The position numbers and the translations under genes were made by a program. A DNA stretch of 63,931 bases, counting the filler, from Stramenopiles sp. TOSAG23-3 (taxonomy: Eukaryota): assembly GCA_900128585.1 (NCBI GenBank). It is 3 parts of 3 records of this genome, joined end to end, with 100 filler letters (N's around TTAATTAATTAA, not from the genome) between each part and the next. Parts side by side here need not be neighbours in the genome. Positions count along the whole stretch, not along the records: positions 43,299 to 63,931 come from LT642370.1; 2 more parts are not named here. One strand, written 5' to 3'. A model generated the notes under the pieces. It did not search any database and was not told the DNA's origin. It saw nothing but the letters and a program-made list of their open reading frames with translations. The first letter of the stretch is position 1; each line of letters begins with the position of its first letter. Positions 44,403 through 55,329 of this stretch are shown here, piece after piece.

Positions 44403-45617
44403 CCGAAGGACACGACGGCGCTGAATGCCCTGCTGGACACCGCGCTCGACAGTGGCAGGAACGGGCGGAAAGGCAGCCCGCCACGGTCCTTTTCGCCGCC
44501 AAAGGGGCGGTCCCCGGCCTCCCAAGCGGTGACGGCCAAGAGCTTCGAGCACGTGCGGCGGATGGACGCCGCGACCCTTCGGAGCATGGCGAAAGAGCGC
44601 GCGAAGCAGGTCCAAAACTTTCTCGTGGAGGAGCGACGGCAAAAGGCGATCGGGGGCACCGCGCTCGGGGGGAACCGTAAGCTGATGGCGAAGGCGTTCA
44701 CCCCGGCGGAAGCGTCGACGCTGCTCCAGGCCCGGCTCGGCCTTGCGGGCGGCGCCCACGCGTCGAAGCGGGGCGGGAACGGCAGCGAGGCCGCCGACCT
44801 GTCCACGTCCTTGATCCCCATGACGGTCTCCGACCCGTACTTCCGCGACAAGCCCGAGATGGTGGACATTCTCCTGCGGGCCCCGGCGATCGAAGAGCCG
44901 GAGGCGGCGGAGGCCGGCGGGGAGAGGGCCACGCCGCACTACATGTCGGGGACGAAAACCCACACCGGGAAACGGGTGCCCACGACCCCAGGGCGGAAGA
45001 AGAACGCGGTGGTGGGCCAGGCCGTTCCCACCACCCGGTCGCACGGCCGGCGCTCCCCGAAGCCGGCCGGGGCGGACGAGGAGAAGGAAGACGCGTACGA
45101 CCGTTTCGTGAGAGAGCGAAGGCAGCGGCCGTATGCGCAACAGCACCTTGTCCCTGCGGGCGAGCGCCGGCAGCACAAGAGGGACAAGGCGGCGAACTCC
45201 CCGAAGAAGAAGACGGTCTCCCGGCGGCAGACGGCCATTTCCGAGTCGAAGAAAATCGAACTGCTCAAAAAGTCCAGGAAAGAGTACGGCGTTCGAAGCC
45301 GGGACTGGGCGAAGAACAAGGAGGAAGAGAAGCGGATGCGGGCGTATTTAGAGGGCCTGTTCAGCGCCAACCGGGAAGTCGAGCTGCCCAGCAAAGAGGA
45401 TTTGGACATGTACCATTCCAAACTAGAAGAGGTGGAGAATCGCCTCAGCGACGGGGTTGAGAGCCACCGTAGAAACCGGAGCTTCCTGCAGCTCAAGAGC
45501 AACGTCTTGGTCCCGGAACGGAGCCAGGGCGCGCCGCGCAATATTCCAAAAGAGTCGGTGGCCCCTTCGTGGATAGTTGAACGGGCGGACGAAGAGCCCC
45601 AGCAACGGAGGGGGTAG
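43313..45617 (+). CDS. Hypothetical Pro-rich/coiled-coil protein, probably 5'-truncated; frameshift at C36 run 44366-44401
   Basis: ORFs 43313-44680 and 44307-45617 overlap at the poly-C run. Both real-looking halves have GC3-rich codons and coiled-coil segments. Confidence 0.65.
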
Positions 45618-45806
45618 GACGAGGGGGGGTGCGGCGCGGCGCGGCGCGCTGTTCGTTTTTAAAGCAGTAGTAAACCGCACAAAACCATATATTAGATCGT
45701 CCTGGGGGTGTTACTAAATTTACACACTCTAAAACAACGTGCTGGGTTGTACGTACCCTTACTTACTCTCATCTCTCATCTCTCTCTCTCTCTCTCTTCT
45801 TTCATT

Positions 45807-47489
45807 TTAAAACTGGTTCCTGCCCGCGCTAAAGTCTCGGTTCGTGCAGATGGCCGGCGCGAACCGGATCCAGAAGAACAAGAGGTAGCAGAACCAGCAC
45901 CCGACGGCGTTGACCCACATGGCCGTGAACGCCGAGGCTTTGTTGTCCTCGTAGTTCGAGCTCGTCGCGCTTCCCCAGTTGGACAGAATCATAGACAAGT
46001 ACACGGCACCGAACGACATGATCAGATGGAAGAGCCAGTGCCACCGCCCTTGGTCCGCCTTCTCCTCCTCGTCCATGGCGTTATCGTCCCCGTCCTCGAC
46101 CTGGTCGATCGCGACGTCTTCGAGCGCGGCGCCCCCCTCCTCCTTTTTCTTCTTGTCTTTTCCCTCGCCACCTTCCCGGAACTCGAGGGCATTCTCCACG
46201 TCACCGTCGTCCTTCTCCTCCTTTTTCCCTTTCTTCTTCTTCTTCTTTTTTTCCTTCTTGCTCGTCATTTCCTGGGTCAACAGGTTGTCGTCTTTCTTCT
46301 TCGTCGTCCTCTGCCTTCGTTTTCTCCCCGGCTTCTCCTCGTCGTCGCCCCCCGTTCCGCCCGCCTCTTCCTCGACAAAGGAACGGGTGGCCCCGGCCGT
46401 CCGTACGCTTGCCCAGCCAATGGAAAAGGCGCCCACGCAAAGGCCAATGAACGTCATCCCCGCGTCGTTCCCGAACGACCCGTCCATCGGCGCGCACGCC
46501 GCGTCCGGGTTGTTGAACACGGCCGTCCACGTCACGTACACGCAGTAGCAAAAGACGACCGACGGGACCAAGAGCCCGATCGAGTCCCCCCCGCACTCCA
46601 CGACTGCCACGACGTACGCGGCAATCCCAAGGAGGAGGGTCAACGTGATGAACAGAACGTTCAGGCCGCAGTCCGCCCCATTCGACGCGCCAGTGTACCA
46701 CACGTACAGCAGGACCGTCCCGACGAACCCGACAAGGAACATTCCAGCCGCGCACGCAAGGAACAGGCATTGGACGCCCGCCAAGGTGCCGTGGCAGCAG
46801 AGAAGCTTCACCTGCCTCCCTTCTTCCTTTCCCGCCTCTTCGAGTTTCGCCCCAAAGTCTTCCCACCAGTCGAACGCAAAGTCGACCAGGATGAACACTT
46901 GGAGCAGGATGAACACAATGGACAAGACCCTTGCCACCCCCGAGTACGCAAAGAAGAGGGCGTTGGGGAGGAAAAACATGACCCCAAGGGCCGGAAGGTA
47001 CAGCAAAAGCTTGGGCCCCCAGCACCCTCGGTGGGCCATGGTGGACGCCGCCGTCGCAAACAGCATGAACACGTAGAACCCGCACAGCGCGAACGAGCTA
47101 CGGTACACGAAGAAGTTCCCGATGCACTCCGTCAGCACGTCGTCCCTGGTCACGTTTACCCCGTTTCGTTGAAGGAGCACTCGATCGTTCGTTTTCAACG
47201 AGTCTTTGAAGATCGTATCCGCCCGGCCGGCACAGTCACTGAACGAGTAAAAGAGGTTCGCCTCGACGCCGTCGACGGTCCCCCAGGCTTCTTCCCCCGC
47301 GGCCGTCTTTGCCGCCGCGACAATCTCCGGGGCAACGTACGCTTTCAGGGTCCCCGCAAAGAGCGCTGTAAGCACAGTGAGGGCAACGTACCCTGCCGTC
47401 GACGCAAGCCGGGAACATTTTGACGTCCGGCACGCCGCACTCGTTATGCAACAGCAACACTGCGCCGCGGCAAACCCAAGGCAACACAT
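45807..47489 (-). CDS. SERINC: Serine incorporator (SERINC/TMS1) family membrane protein
   Basis: Cys-rich N-terminus, VYRSSFAL, HRGCWGPK, FILLQVFILVDFA, FHLIMSFGAVYLSMILSNWG and APAICTNRDFS. Probable ATG 47489. Confidence 0.93.
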   Translation of the reverse strand: MCCLGFAAAQCCCCITSAACRTSKCSRLASTAGYVALTVLTALFAGTLKAYVAPEIVAAAKTAAGEEAWGTVDGVEANLFYSFSDCAGRADTIFKDSLKTNDRVLLQRNGVNVTRDDVLTECIGNFFVYRSSFALCGFYVFMLFATAASTMAHRGCWGPKLLLYLPALGVMFFLPNALFFAYSGVARVLSIVFILLQVFILVDFAFDWWEDFGAKLEEAGKEEGRQVKLLCCHGTLAGVQCLFLACAAGMFLVGFVGTVLLYVWYTGASNGADCGLNVLFITLTLLLGIAAYVVAVVECGGDSIGLLVPSVVFCYCVYVTWTAVFNNPDAACAPMDGSFGNDAGMTFIGLCVGAFSIGWASVRTAGATRSFVEEEAGGTGGDDEEKPGRKRRQRTTKKKDDNLLTQEMTSKKEKKKKKKKGKKEEKDDGDVENALEFREGGEGKDKKKKEEGGAALEDVAIDQVEDGDDNAMDEEEKADQGRWHWLFHLIMSFGAVYLSMILSNWGSATSSNYEDNKASAFTAMWVNAVGCWFCYLLFFWIRFAPAICTNRDFSAGRNQF

Positions 47490-48147
47490 GACGACGGTTC
47501 GAAAAGAGAAGACGCAGAAAGCAAGAAGGGATGAATTGATCAACGGCAATGGAAGGGCAGTATGAAATTATTGGGGGAAATGGTTGAAATTTGAATAGCA
47601 CAAAAATGATCTTTGTTTTCCTTTCTTTTGTTGGAAGGAATTCTTTGAGTTTCGTTATTATTGTTTTGTTAGTTGAATTATTATTATTAATTGGTTTGTG
47701 TCCAAATAAAATAATATAATAATAAAGAAAAAACTTAAAAAATAATAATTCCACATCTCGCTTCAAATAGGACATGTAATTTAGTATACTAAGAACTAAC
47801 ATTATATAGCATCGAAATTGTTGATTCAGATTGTACTTAATAAAATCATGTCCTAAAAACCAATTATTTAATTCTTCTTCTTCCATTTTCTCTTTCTTCT
47901 TCTTCAAAAAAAATAGGTCTTTTTTTGATGAATCATCGCGATTATTACACGAAAGAAAATGAAATAGGAATGGTTTTGTGTGATGAGTTTGAGTACATGT
48001 ATGTAATTTTATCCTTCTCTCTCTGTTGTATATTTGCCTGGCAGGTTGTTCGTTTCATATCGTTTCCTTTACCTTTCCTCCCTTTTTCCCTTCCCGTCTT
48101 TGTTTCGGTGTTTAAGTGTCTTGTTTTCCTTGGACCTTTCCACCGGT

Positions 48148-50814
48148 ATGTCGGCCCTGGCGGCTTCTGGATTTAGCGGTGGTATTGATAATGGTATTGA
48201 TCTTCCTTCGTCACAAGATGGATCTGCTCGTCCTATGTCTCCCCGTCCTGGGTCTCCTCATCCTGGGTATGCGTTTCCCAAACTGGACTACATGTTTCAA
48301 AAATTTTCCATCTACAAAACAAGTTCAAATGTATATATTATTGCACAGACCAACCGAGGCAACGTTTGCCAGTTGCTGACGATACCAAGGGACACGGGGG
48401 CAGGAACCGGCGGTGAACTTGTGCTGGACTTTGAACGGAAAGGGCTCTGTTCGTTCAAAGAACATTTGCAGCGTTTGCCAAGGCACGACCCGACGTTTAA
48501 AAAGATAACGGACGCACACATGATTCTTGGGTTTGTCCAGTTCGTTGCGAACTCGTTCTACCTCTACGTCGTTACGGAGAAGAAGAAAGTTGGGACGGTC
48601 AACGGCGCGAGCGTCTACGCGATCGTCGACACGGAGCTTCTGCCGATAACGAAACTCGTCACGGTAAGGAAACGGGCGAGCCGCCACGTCTCGGAGGAGG
48701 CAAAGCTGAGGTCGCTCTTTCTTCAAGTCGACTTGACGGATGAGTTTTACTTCAGCTACTACTACGACATTACCAACACGGTCGAGGCCAACATGTCCAA
48801 GGGGGGGGGGCGTCTTGTCCCGCCAACGGGAGCACGAGGCGGCGGCGGAAAGGGTGCCCCTTTCCGGCGCCGTCTCTCCCCCCCCCCCGTTCGAGCAGCA
48901 GGAACAGCACCCGGTCCAACTACTGGGAGTCCGAAGCCGTTCGAATGAACGAGTATTTTGTATGGAACCTGCACCTCCTGGAACCGCTGATTTGCGCCCT
49001 TGAGCACCAGGCCTCCCCGTGGATTGCCCCGTTGATCCATGGTTTTTTTCGGCAGCGGCGGCTAAGGACGGAAACGGGGAGGACCATCGCGATGACCTTG
49101 GTCGCGCGGCGAAGCCGGCACTTTGCGGGCACACGGTACCTTCGGCGGGGGGCCAACATCCAAGGCAACGTCGCGAACGAGGTGGAGACGGAGCAGATCC
49201 TCTGCGAAGAGGACGCCGGGGGAAGCCCCCCTGGGGGCCTGATTACCAGCATGGTCCAGGTGCGGGGAAGCATACCCTTGCATTGGTGCCACGAGAACCT
49301 CTCGATGCCGAAACCCGACTTCTTGCTGTGGAAGCAGGACAAGGAGTTCCAGGCAGCAAACCTGCACTTTGACAACCTCATCACGCGGTACACCGAGCCG
49401 GTCGTCGTCCTGAACCTGATCAAGCAGGAAGAGACCGGCCGGCCGAAGGAGACCTTGCTCTTCGACGAGTTCACGGACGCCATCCGGCACCTGAACATGT
49501 CCCTGGCGTCCAACAACATCGATCGGCACATCGCGGCCCGCGACGTCCAGGGCGCGGGGGTGGCCGATATGGGCGCCCCCCCCCCCCATGCCCACGAAAC
49601 GGACCATGCCCCTGATCTACATCACGTTTGATTTTCTGAAATGTGCACGGTCGACCAGGGAACCCAACGTGCTCGACGCCATATCGGAGATCACGTCGAC
49701 CATTTACTCCACCACGGGCTTCTTTCGGACCCTGCCTCCGTCCCAGGGACCGTCCACGGGCACCCTGGCCGCCGTCCTCCAGGAAGGAATCATGCGCACC
49801 AACTGCATCGACTGCTTGGACCGAACGAACGTCGCCCAGTTCTGCCTGGGGCGCGAATGCCTGCAGCAGCAGCTGGAGCACTTGGGCGTGGACGCCAGCG
49901 CCGACCCAAGGGTGTGGAAGGAGCTCATGAAGATGTACGCCGACCACGGGAACAAGATGGGCAACCAGTACGGGGGCTCCGGGGCCATGCACTCCCTTGC
50001 GCTCGCAAAGCCGGCGAACGGGAACCCTGGCAGCCCCGCACGGTCCTCGAGAGGCTCGGGAAGCACCCCCAGGAAGGGCACCGATGCGCGCAGGATGGAA
50101 TCGCCCGAGAGGGTGTTGTACGACGACACCATGTTCGTAGAAGACGAAGAATCGAACGGGGAAATAAAACTGACGGGGGGCGCGAAAAACGCGTTCGTGG
50201 CCGTCACGAGGTACCTGTCGAACAATTTCAGCGACTCGGACAAGCAGCGGTCCCTGGACTTGTTCCTTGGGGTTTACAACAGCAACAACGGCTTTTCCGG
50301 GCAGCGAAAGGACGTGGAACGGGCAGCGTCGATTGGGGGGTCGCTCTTCGAGGTAGGCTTTCGGTGTTGCTCGGAAGAGGGGGCGGGGGGCAGGCTTCAT
50401 CTAAAGGATGCCGACGCCTCTGAAATTACAAGTTTCGACGACGAGCTCAACCTCTCGTTCCAATGTGTTGTAGTCGACGAACTGTTGGAAACCGCAGCGG
50501 ACGGCCTGCACGGCCGTGTCGCAGGGCGCCAACGGACCGCTGCAAGGAGGCACGACGCCCCCACGAAGAACGCAAGCCACAACGCATTTTCTGCGGACAG
50601 TTGGCTGATGACATCCTCGCAAACGTTGGACGACATTGTGATAAAATCGTTGGACGGTGCCGGCGTCTCAGCCGCTGAAGCGATGGAAACGGCGCGCTCC
50701 GCACAGCGGGAGGTCGAACAGGATGCAGAGATTGCGTACCGGGTGTATGCGAGAAAAGAGGAGAAAGCCAACCGTTGGGTAAACAGCATTTTCACAGCCC
50801 AACATTTGTCTTGA
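48148..50814 (+). CDS. FIG4: SAC-domain polyphosphoinositide phosphatase, FIG4-like; frame breaks at G10 (48801), C11 (48878) and C12 (49576)
   Basis: FYFSYYYDIT, FVWNLHLL, ARRSRHFAGTRYLRRG, VANEVETEQI, VQVRGSIPLHW, catalytic RTNCIDCLDRTN and QYGGSGAM, spread over ORFs 48034, 48945 and 49588. Confidence 0.9.
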
Positions 50815-51023
50815 CAAGACATCGCAAGGTGCAGCAGGCGGGGGGTAAAAATAAATGATTTTGATTGAAAATGCCCAAACAAGCACAGGGGAAGAAATAC
50901 ATTTCACACGAAATATTGGGACCCTCTAAAAGTCAAGAATTTATTTACTCGTGTGTTACACTTCTGTTTTTAACCATATATCGTAATTTTTATCAAATTT
51001 ATTCCGATTTCGGGCGAAAACTT

Positions 51024-54000
51024 CTAATGGGTCTTATTGTGGTCCTGCAACTTCATCGCGAACACGGCGTCTTTGTACGCCGGGCTACGTTCGATCTTGT
51101 ACGATACCAAATGGCGCTCGGCAATCCATTCAAAGGTGCGTTTAAAGTCGCCCTTCTTGTACGTCTTTTCCGTAAGGTCGCTTCGGCCTGATTTTCGCCA
51201 CCGCACCGCCCCAAACCGAGTGCCATTCTCTACAAACGTAGTGGACGACCAGCTTTGGCCGTACTTTTCCCGCAAGGACGCATCGTTGTACTTACACGCT
51301 CGCGCATCGCTTGTGGTCAATCGCTTGATGCACGTTTCTGTAAACGCCAAGTCATTCTGTGCGTCCGAAACAGGAATTGGAACGTCGTTCCCACGACGAT
51401 TGGCGCCTCTCAGCAGCCCAACAAAATACCGCACTACTCGTGTCGGCATGCACGCCGAACTCACTTGCTTTCGGAGTTTGAACGGTAGAAACAGCCCAAA
51501 CGTTTCAAACAGGGCGCTGCAGAGAAACAAACCCAGCAAAAGATAAAACACGGACTCCAGGAGAGCAAGCTGGCTGATCGCGCTGGTCGGGGTCGCCGCA
51601 GGGTCCAGCTCCAGGGCAAGAACAAAAAAGTCCCGCAGTGGCATGAACAGGTTCCACCCGACCGATAACAGAATTATGTAGGGGAACTGTTGCAGGGCGG
51701 CGAATATAATTTCGCTATCGTATACTGGCGGTTTGGAGTACACCCGGAGAATCATGATCCGGTCCACCCACATCGATACGGTAAACGACAACACCGCCAA
51801 GGGCAACAGCAGGGGCAACGTGCTGAAATACAAGCACGTAAACGCAAACGTGTTCATTATGTAGGCTAGGCGAATCTCGATTTCAAAAGTAGGGTACTCC
51901 AGGGACATGTTCAGGTCTCTTTGGATATGCCCTTTCCAGTTCTGCGAACGGCTGGAACGCTGCAAATTGCCTTCCACCGTCTTGAGGGCAGCCGTGAGCA
52001 TAGGAACAAAGTGCGGCACAAAGCAGTCCAAGATCATCATGTACGTCAAAGCAGACCCAATGTTCACGTACCATTCTGCCGTCATTCTGTCGTACCGTCC
52101 ACGCAAAAATGATGCAAGCCCCAACGATGGCCCACTATCACCCTCCTCGCCAGAGAGCATGTTGGCGTTCACGAACCACAAAATAAACGACGTGTTGATG
52201 AACAACGTTACAAACACTTTCAGCATAATATTTGCAGTTTGTAACGTTCTGGTATCGTGCTTTTCCCACTTTGTAACGGTCTTCATGCACGATTCCAGCA
52301 CCAAATTGATCACGGAAAGCGAGGACGTGGAAAATAGTATCAGCGCACGACTCATGAAGAAGGCCTTCATAAAGTCCCAGCACGCGCCATCGTTCCTCGC
52401 CGCGAGGGCTTGTACCTCTTCCGGGGATTTGTTGGCAAGCGCAGCGTCGACTAGTGCCTGGCAGTAGCAGTTCAGCATTTGGTTGTGGGAATAGTGGCGG
52501 ACGGCGTGGCCGTCGACCGATACGGGGGGGCGAAGCGAGCACTGGCGCTCAACGCTGCCGACGTCGATGCAGGGGCAGTAATCATGAGGGTCTACGCGAT
52601 CGCCGCGAAAATCGAAATAGCACGAGCTTGCGTTCTTCAGAGCGCATGGTGCCGTCGAGTGCCACGCGCTATCTCCACTGTACTGAAGATTCAGTTGCCT
52701 CGTTGGCGCCGGGCACTCGGCGCCCGAATGTTCGACATGGCGGAGCGTGGGCGGAACCGTGCTGTTGGACCCGGTCGCGTTCGCCCAGCTCGTGTACGTG
52801 TTCAGAAGCGCATCGTCGCACAGCCAAGGCGTGACCGTCTCTTTGTCCAGCGCGTGGCCCACTCGGTAGGGTACAAGGACGCAAATGAACGATGCAAAGA
52901 GGAGGAACAGGGTTATGCAGCACGTCGTCATCTTGTTGTTCCACCGGACAGCCTCGGATATTTCTAAATTTTCCCATATGATGTCGGATGGATCGGGAGC
53001 AGCCGTGACCTGCAGCGGGTGCTCGCCCAAAAATTGAAGGGGCTTTTCTTGAAAAATCTTGTTAAACCCGTTCACGCCTTTGTAGTCCTCGATGCAACGA
53101 CGGTAGCTCTCTGGCTGGTTGAAGGTGACAAACGCTCGAACAATGTCATCGGGCGTCCGATATTTATGGTTTGAGGACACCGCCCGACGGGGTTTTTGAA
53201 ACAAAATTTTGGACCGTTTTTTCTTTGCTTCCTTTGTTACGCTGAGACAGTTGTAAATGGAATTCTCGTGCTTGCAGACATTGTCCCAGTGCCGTTGCAT
53301 CGCGTTCAAGTACTTGCGACACTCCAGATGTCGCTTTCGCTTCTCCCGCTGCGCCTCTTTGGCCCGCTTTGCTGCATCGCCGGCAACGTCTGTCTGCAGC
53401 TGCAGAAGCGCCTTTTCTGCCTCCTCCTCTGCTCGGGATGACTCGTTGTACAACTTTCGTTTGTACTTGAAGAATGCGCGTTCTCGGCGAAGTTTCTGCA
53501 GGAGATTCTCATGGCTAAAAATGTTACGCAGCTTGTCGCCGATTGGTTTGGCAAGGCTCATGTCCGCCACCCAGGAACCCTTGAAGAGCCCATTCCCGCT
53601 ATTCGACACATCCGATGTGGGGTAAAACGGCTCGTCCTTCGGCGGGTCAAACATGTGGTTCTTTCGCATCAAGATGGGCCGATTGCGGAAGTCCATGTAC
53701 TGTAAATTGTAGACTTTGCTAAAGTGCTCCATCACCTCGACGTCCGTTGCGGTAGGTGGGAGGCCTTTGACTTCGACGGTGTAATTTCGGGCGCTCACCA
53801 AGTACTTTGCGTTTTGAGCCAACTTGTGCTCCAAGTACGTGTGGATGCATGCCCATGCAAGCGCGATAAATACAAACGAAAACGATAGGATAAAGACCAG
53901 GGTGTACCCGGCAGACTCTATGATTTCTGTGTGCCCAAACAGGACCATCGTCGAATGATTGTTTTTGCTGGGAATCGGGGCATTCCCAATGCTGTAAAGC

Positions 54001-54665
54001 GCAAGCACTGCGTTCATACGGTTTGACGCCGGGTTGGTTTCGAGCAGGGAAACGATCGTGGCCCCGGACGCATTTGCAACGAGCAACGGCGCGTTAATTG
54101 CCGTAAGCAGAACAAACAAAATAATCAAGCTCCGGAGAAAGTCGAAGTACAGCGGAATCGCGTCGCCAAGCTCGTCCGCCAACTTTCCTGTGTCCGTGCA
54201 CAGAGGTGCGCGACCTTTTTGAAACACCTTTCTATCCCGTCGTTCGATAGCGGCCGTCACGGAAGGCAATACATACGCAGTGTCCACAAAATCGTCCCCG
54301 AGCCCTTCTGGGTCTCTCAACGTCGACGTAAGGTTGTCTTGGTCGGACCATATAAACTTTTCCGGGACTTCCCAAGACTGTTCTTCTGTAATCGTATTGT
54401 AATAACAGACTCGGTGGGTCTTTTTGTCCATGAACGCGATCCATGGCGTTAGAACGGACGATGAGGTTGTCTTAAAGATGCTGTTGCTCGAACCGTTCGC
54501 TCCCACTTCCTCCCCCGCTTCTTCTCCCGTTTCCCCTTTCGTGCCATCATTCGTTTCGTTCTCCACTTCCCTAATGTCCGTGAAACTTTTATGAACGGCA
54601 TACCTCGAGAGTGACCGCCGTTTCTTTTTCGCCATTGGTGGCTTCGCTTCCACATTCCCTTTCAT
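51024..54665 (-). CDS. OSCA/TMEM63 (CSC1)-like mechanosensitive channel with N-terminal WW domain, 1213 aa
   Basis: LYFDFLRSL, YTVEVKGLP, AFVTFN, APDPSDIIWENL, RVYSKPPVYD; WW-like PWIAFMD...YYNTITEEQSWEVP. Confidence 0.85.
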   Translation of the reverse strand: MKGNVEAKPPMAKKKRRSLSRYAVHKSFTDIREVENETNDGTKGETGEEAGEEVGANGSSNSIFKTTSSSVLTPWIAFMDKKTHRVCYYNTITEEQSWEVPEKFIWSDQDNLTSTLRDPEGLGDDFVDTAYVLPSVTAAIERRDRKVFQKGRAPLCTDTGKLADELGDAIPLYFDFLRSLIILFVLLTAINAPLLVANASGATIVSLLETNPASNRMNAVLALYSIGNAPIPSKNNHSTMVLFGHTEIIESAGYTLVFILSFSFVFIALAWACIHTYLEHKLAQNAKYLVSARNYTVEVKGLPPTATDVEVMEHFSKVYNLQYMDFRNRPILMRKNHMFDPPKDEPFYPTSDVSNSGNGLFKGSWVADMSLAKPIGDKLRNIFSHENLLQKLRRERAFFKYKRKLYNESSRAEEEAEKALLQLQTDVAGDAAKRAKEAQREKRKRHLECRKYLNAMQRHWDNVCKHENSIYNCLSVTKEAKKKRSKILFQKPRRAVSSNHKYRTPDDIVRAFVTFNQPESYRRCIEDYKGVNGFNKIFQEKPLQFLGEHPLQVTAAPDPSDIIWENLEISEAVRWNNKMTTCCITLFLLFASFICVLVPYRVGHALDKETVTPWLCDDALLNTYTSWANATGSNSTVPPTLRHVEHSGAECPAPTRQLNLQYSGDSAWHSTAPCALKNASSCYFDFRGDRVDPHDYCPCIDVGSVERQCSLRPPVSVDGHAVRHYSHNQMLNCYCQALVDAALANKSPEEVQALAARNDGACWDFMKAFFMSRALILFSTSSLSVINLVLESCMKTVTKWEKHDTRTLQTANIMLKVFVTLFINTSFILWFVNANMLSGEEGDSGPSLGLASFLRGRYDRMTAEWYVNIGSALTYMMILDCFVPHFVPMLTAALKTVEGNLQRSSRSQNWKGHIQRDLNMSLEYPTFEIEIRLAYIMNTFAFTCLYFSTLPLLLPLAVLSFTVSMWVDRIMILRVYSKPPVYDSEIIFAALQQFPYIILLSVGWNLFMPLRDFFVLALELDPAATPTSAISQLALLESVFYLLLGLFLCSALFETFGLFLPFKLRKQVSSACMPTRVVRYFVGLLRGANRRGNDVPIPVSDAQNDLAFTETCIKRLTTSDARACKYNDASLREKYGQSWSSTTFVENGTRFGAVRWRKSGRSDLTEKTYKKGDFKRTFEWIAERHLVSYKIERSPAYKDAVFAMKLQDHNKTH

Positions 54666-55329
54666 GATCGATCAATCCGTGCAATCGTGCAATCGTGCAA
54701 ACACAAAACCACATTCACTTGCATCAATCGTACCAAATCCACCACCAATCAACAAAATCGTTCAATTTAATCGTTTAATTCAATTCAATTCAATCCTTCA
54801 TTCAATCAATGATTCAACGAGATGATTCAATGATTCATTTGACCCAAAAGCTTCTTTTTCTTCGGAGGAAGACATATTTTTTAAAACATTCTCCCTATCT
54901 AATTAAATACAAAGGTTTGTAAATTAACGGAAAACATTTTCAAAAATAAAAATATTCCATTAAATGTTTAATACAAAGAATGTTCTAACGTTTAACATAT
55001 ATTTAAATAAAGGTTTGTTTGTTTCATATAAGTATTCAACCAATGGTTTCGAAAGGATTTCATCCCGTTTGTTTCAAAGGAAACTTCTCCGTTGAAATGC
55101 GTTGAAATGATCACCTAATTCAAAGTTCAAAAGGTAAATGTAAAATGCAAATTCAAATGATGGGAATGAATGAATGAATTGATGAATGAAATGATTTTTT
55201 GACAACGTGTTATTTTAAAAGAGAGAGAGAGAACGGTTCGTGTGTATTTGTACGGTTGTTTAGTCACTGGTTGTTGTTTGCTCGCGGCTTTTGTGGGTAG
55301 GTTGTGTTTTTGTTCACGGTAATTTCAAA

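Noticed and set aside
43361..47423. Long antisense/alternate-frame ORFs (e.g. 43361-44932, 43914-45176, 45708-47423, and similar ones over SPT16 and FIG4)
   Set aside because: Shadow ORFs expected from GC3-rich coding sequence; no recognisable motifs.
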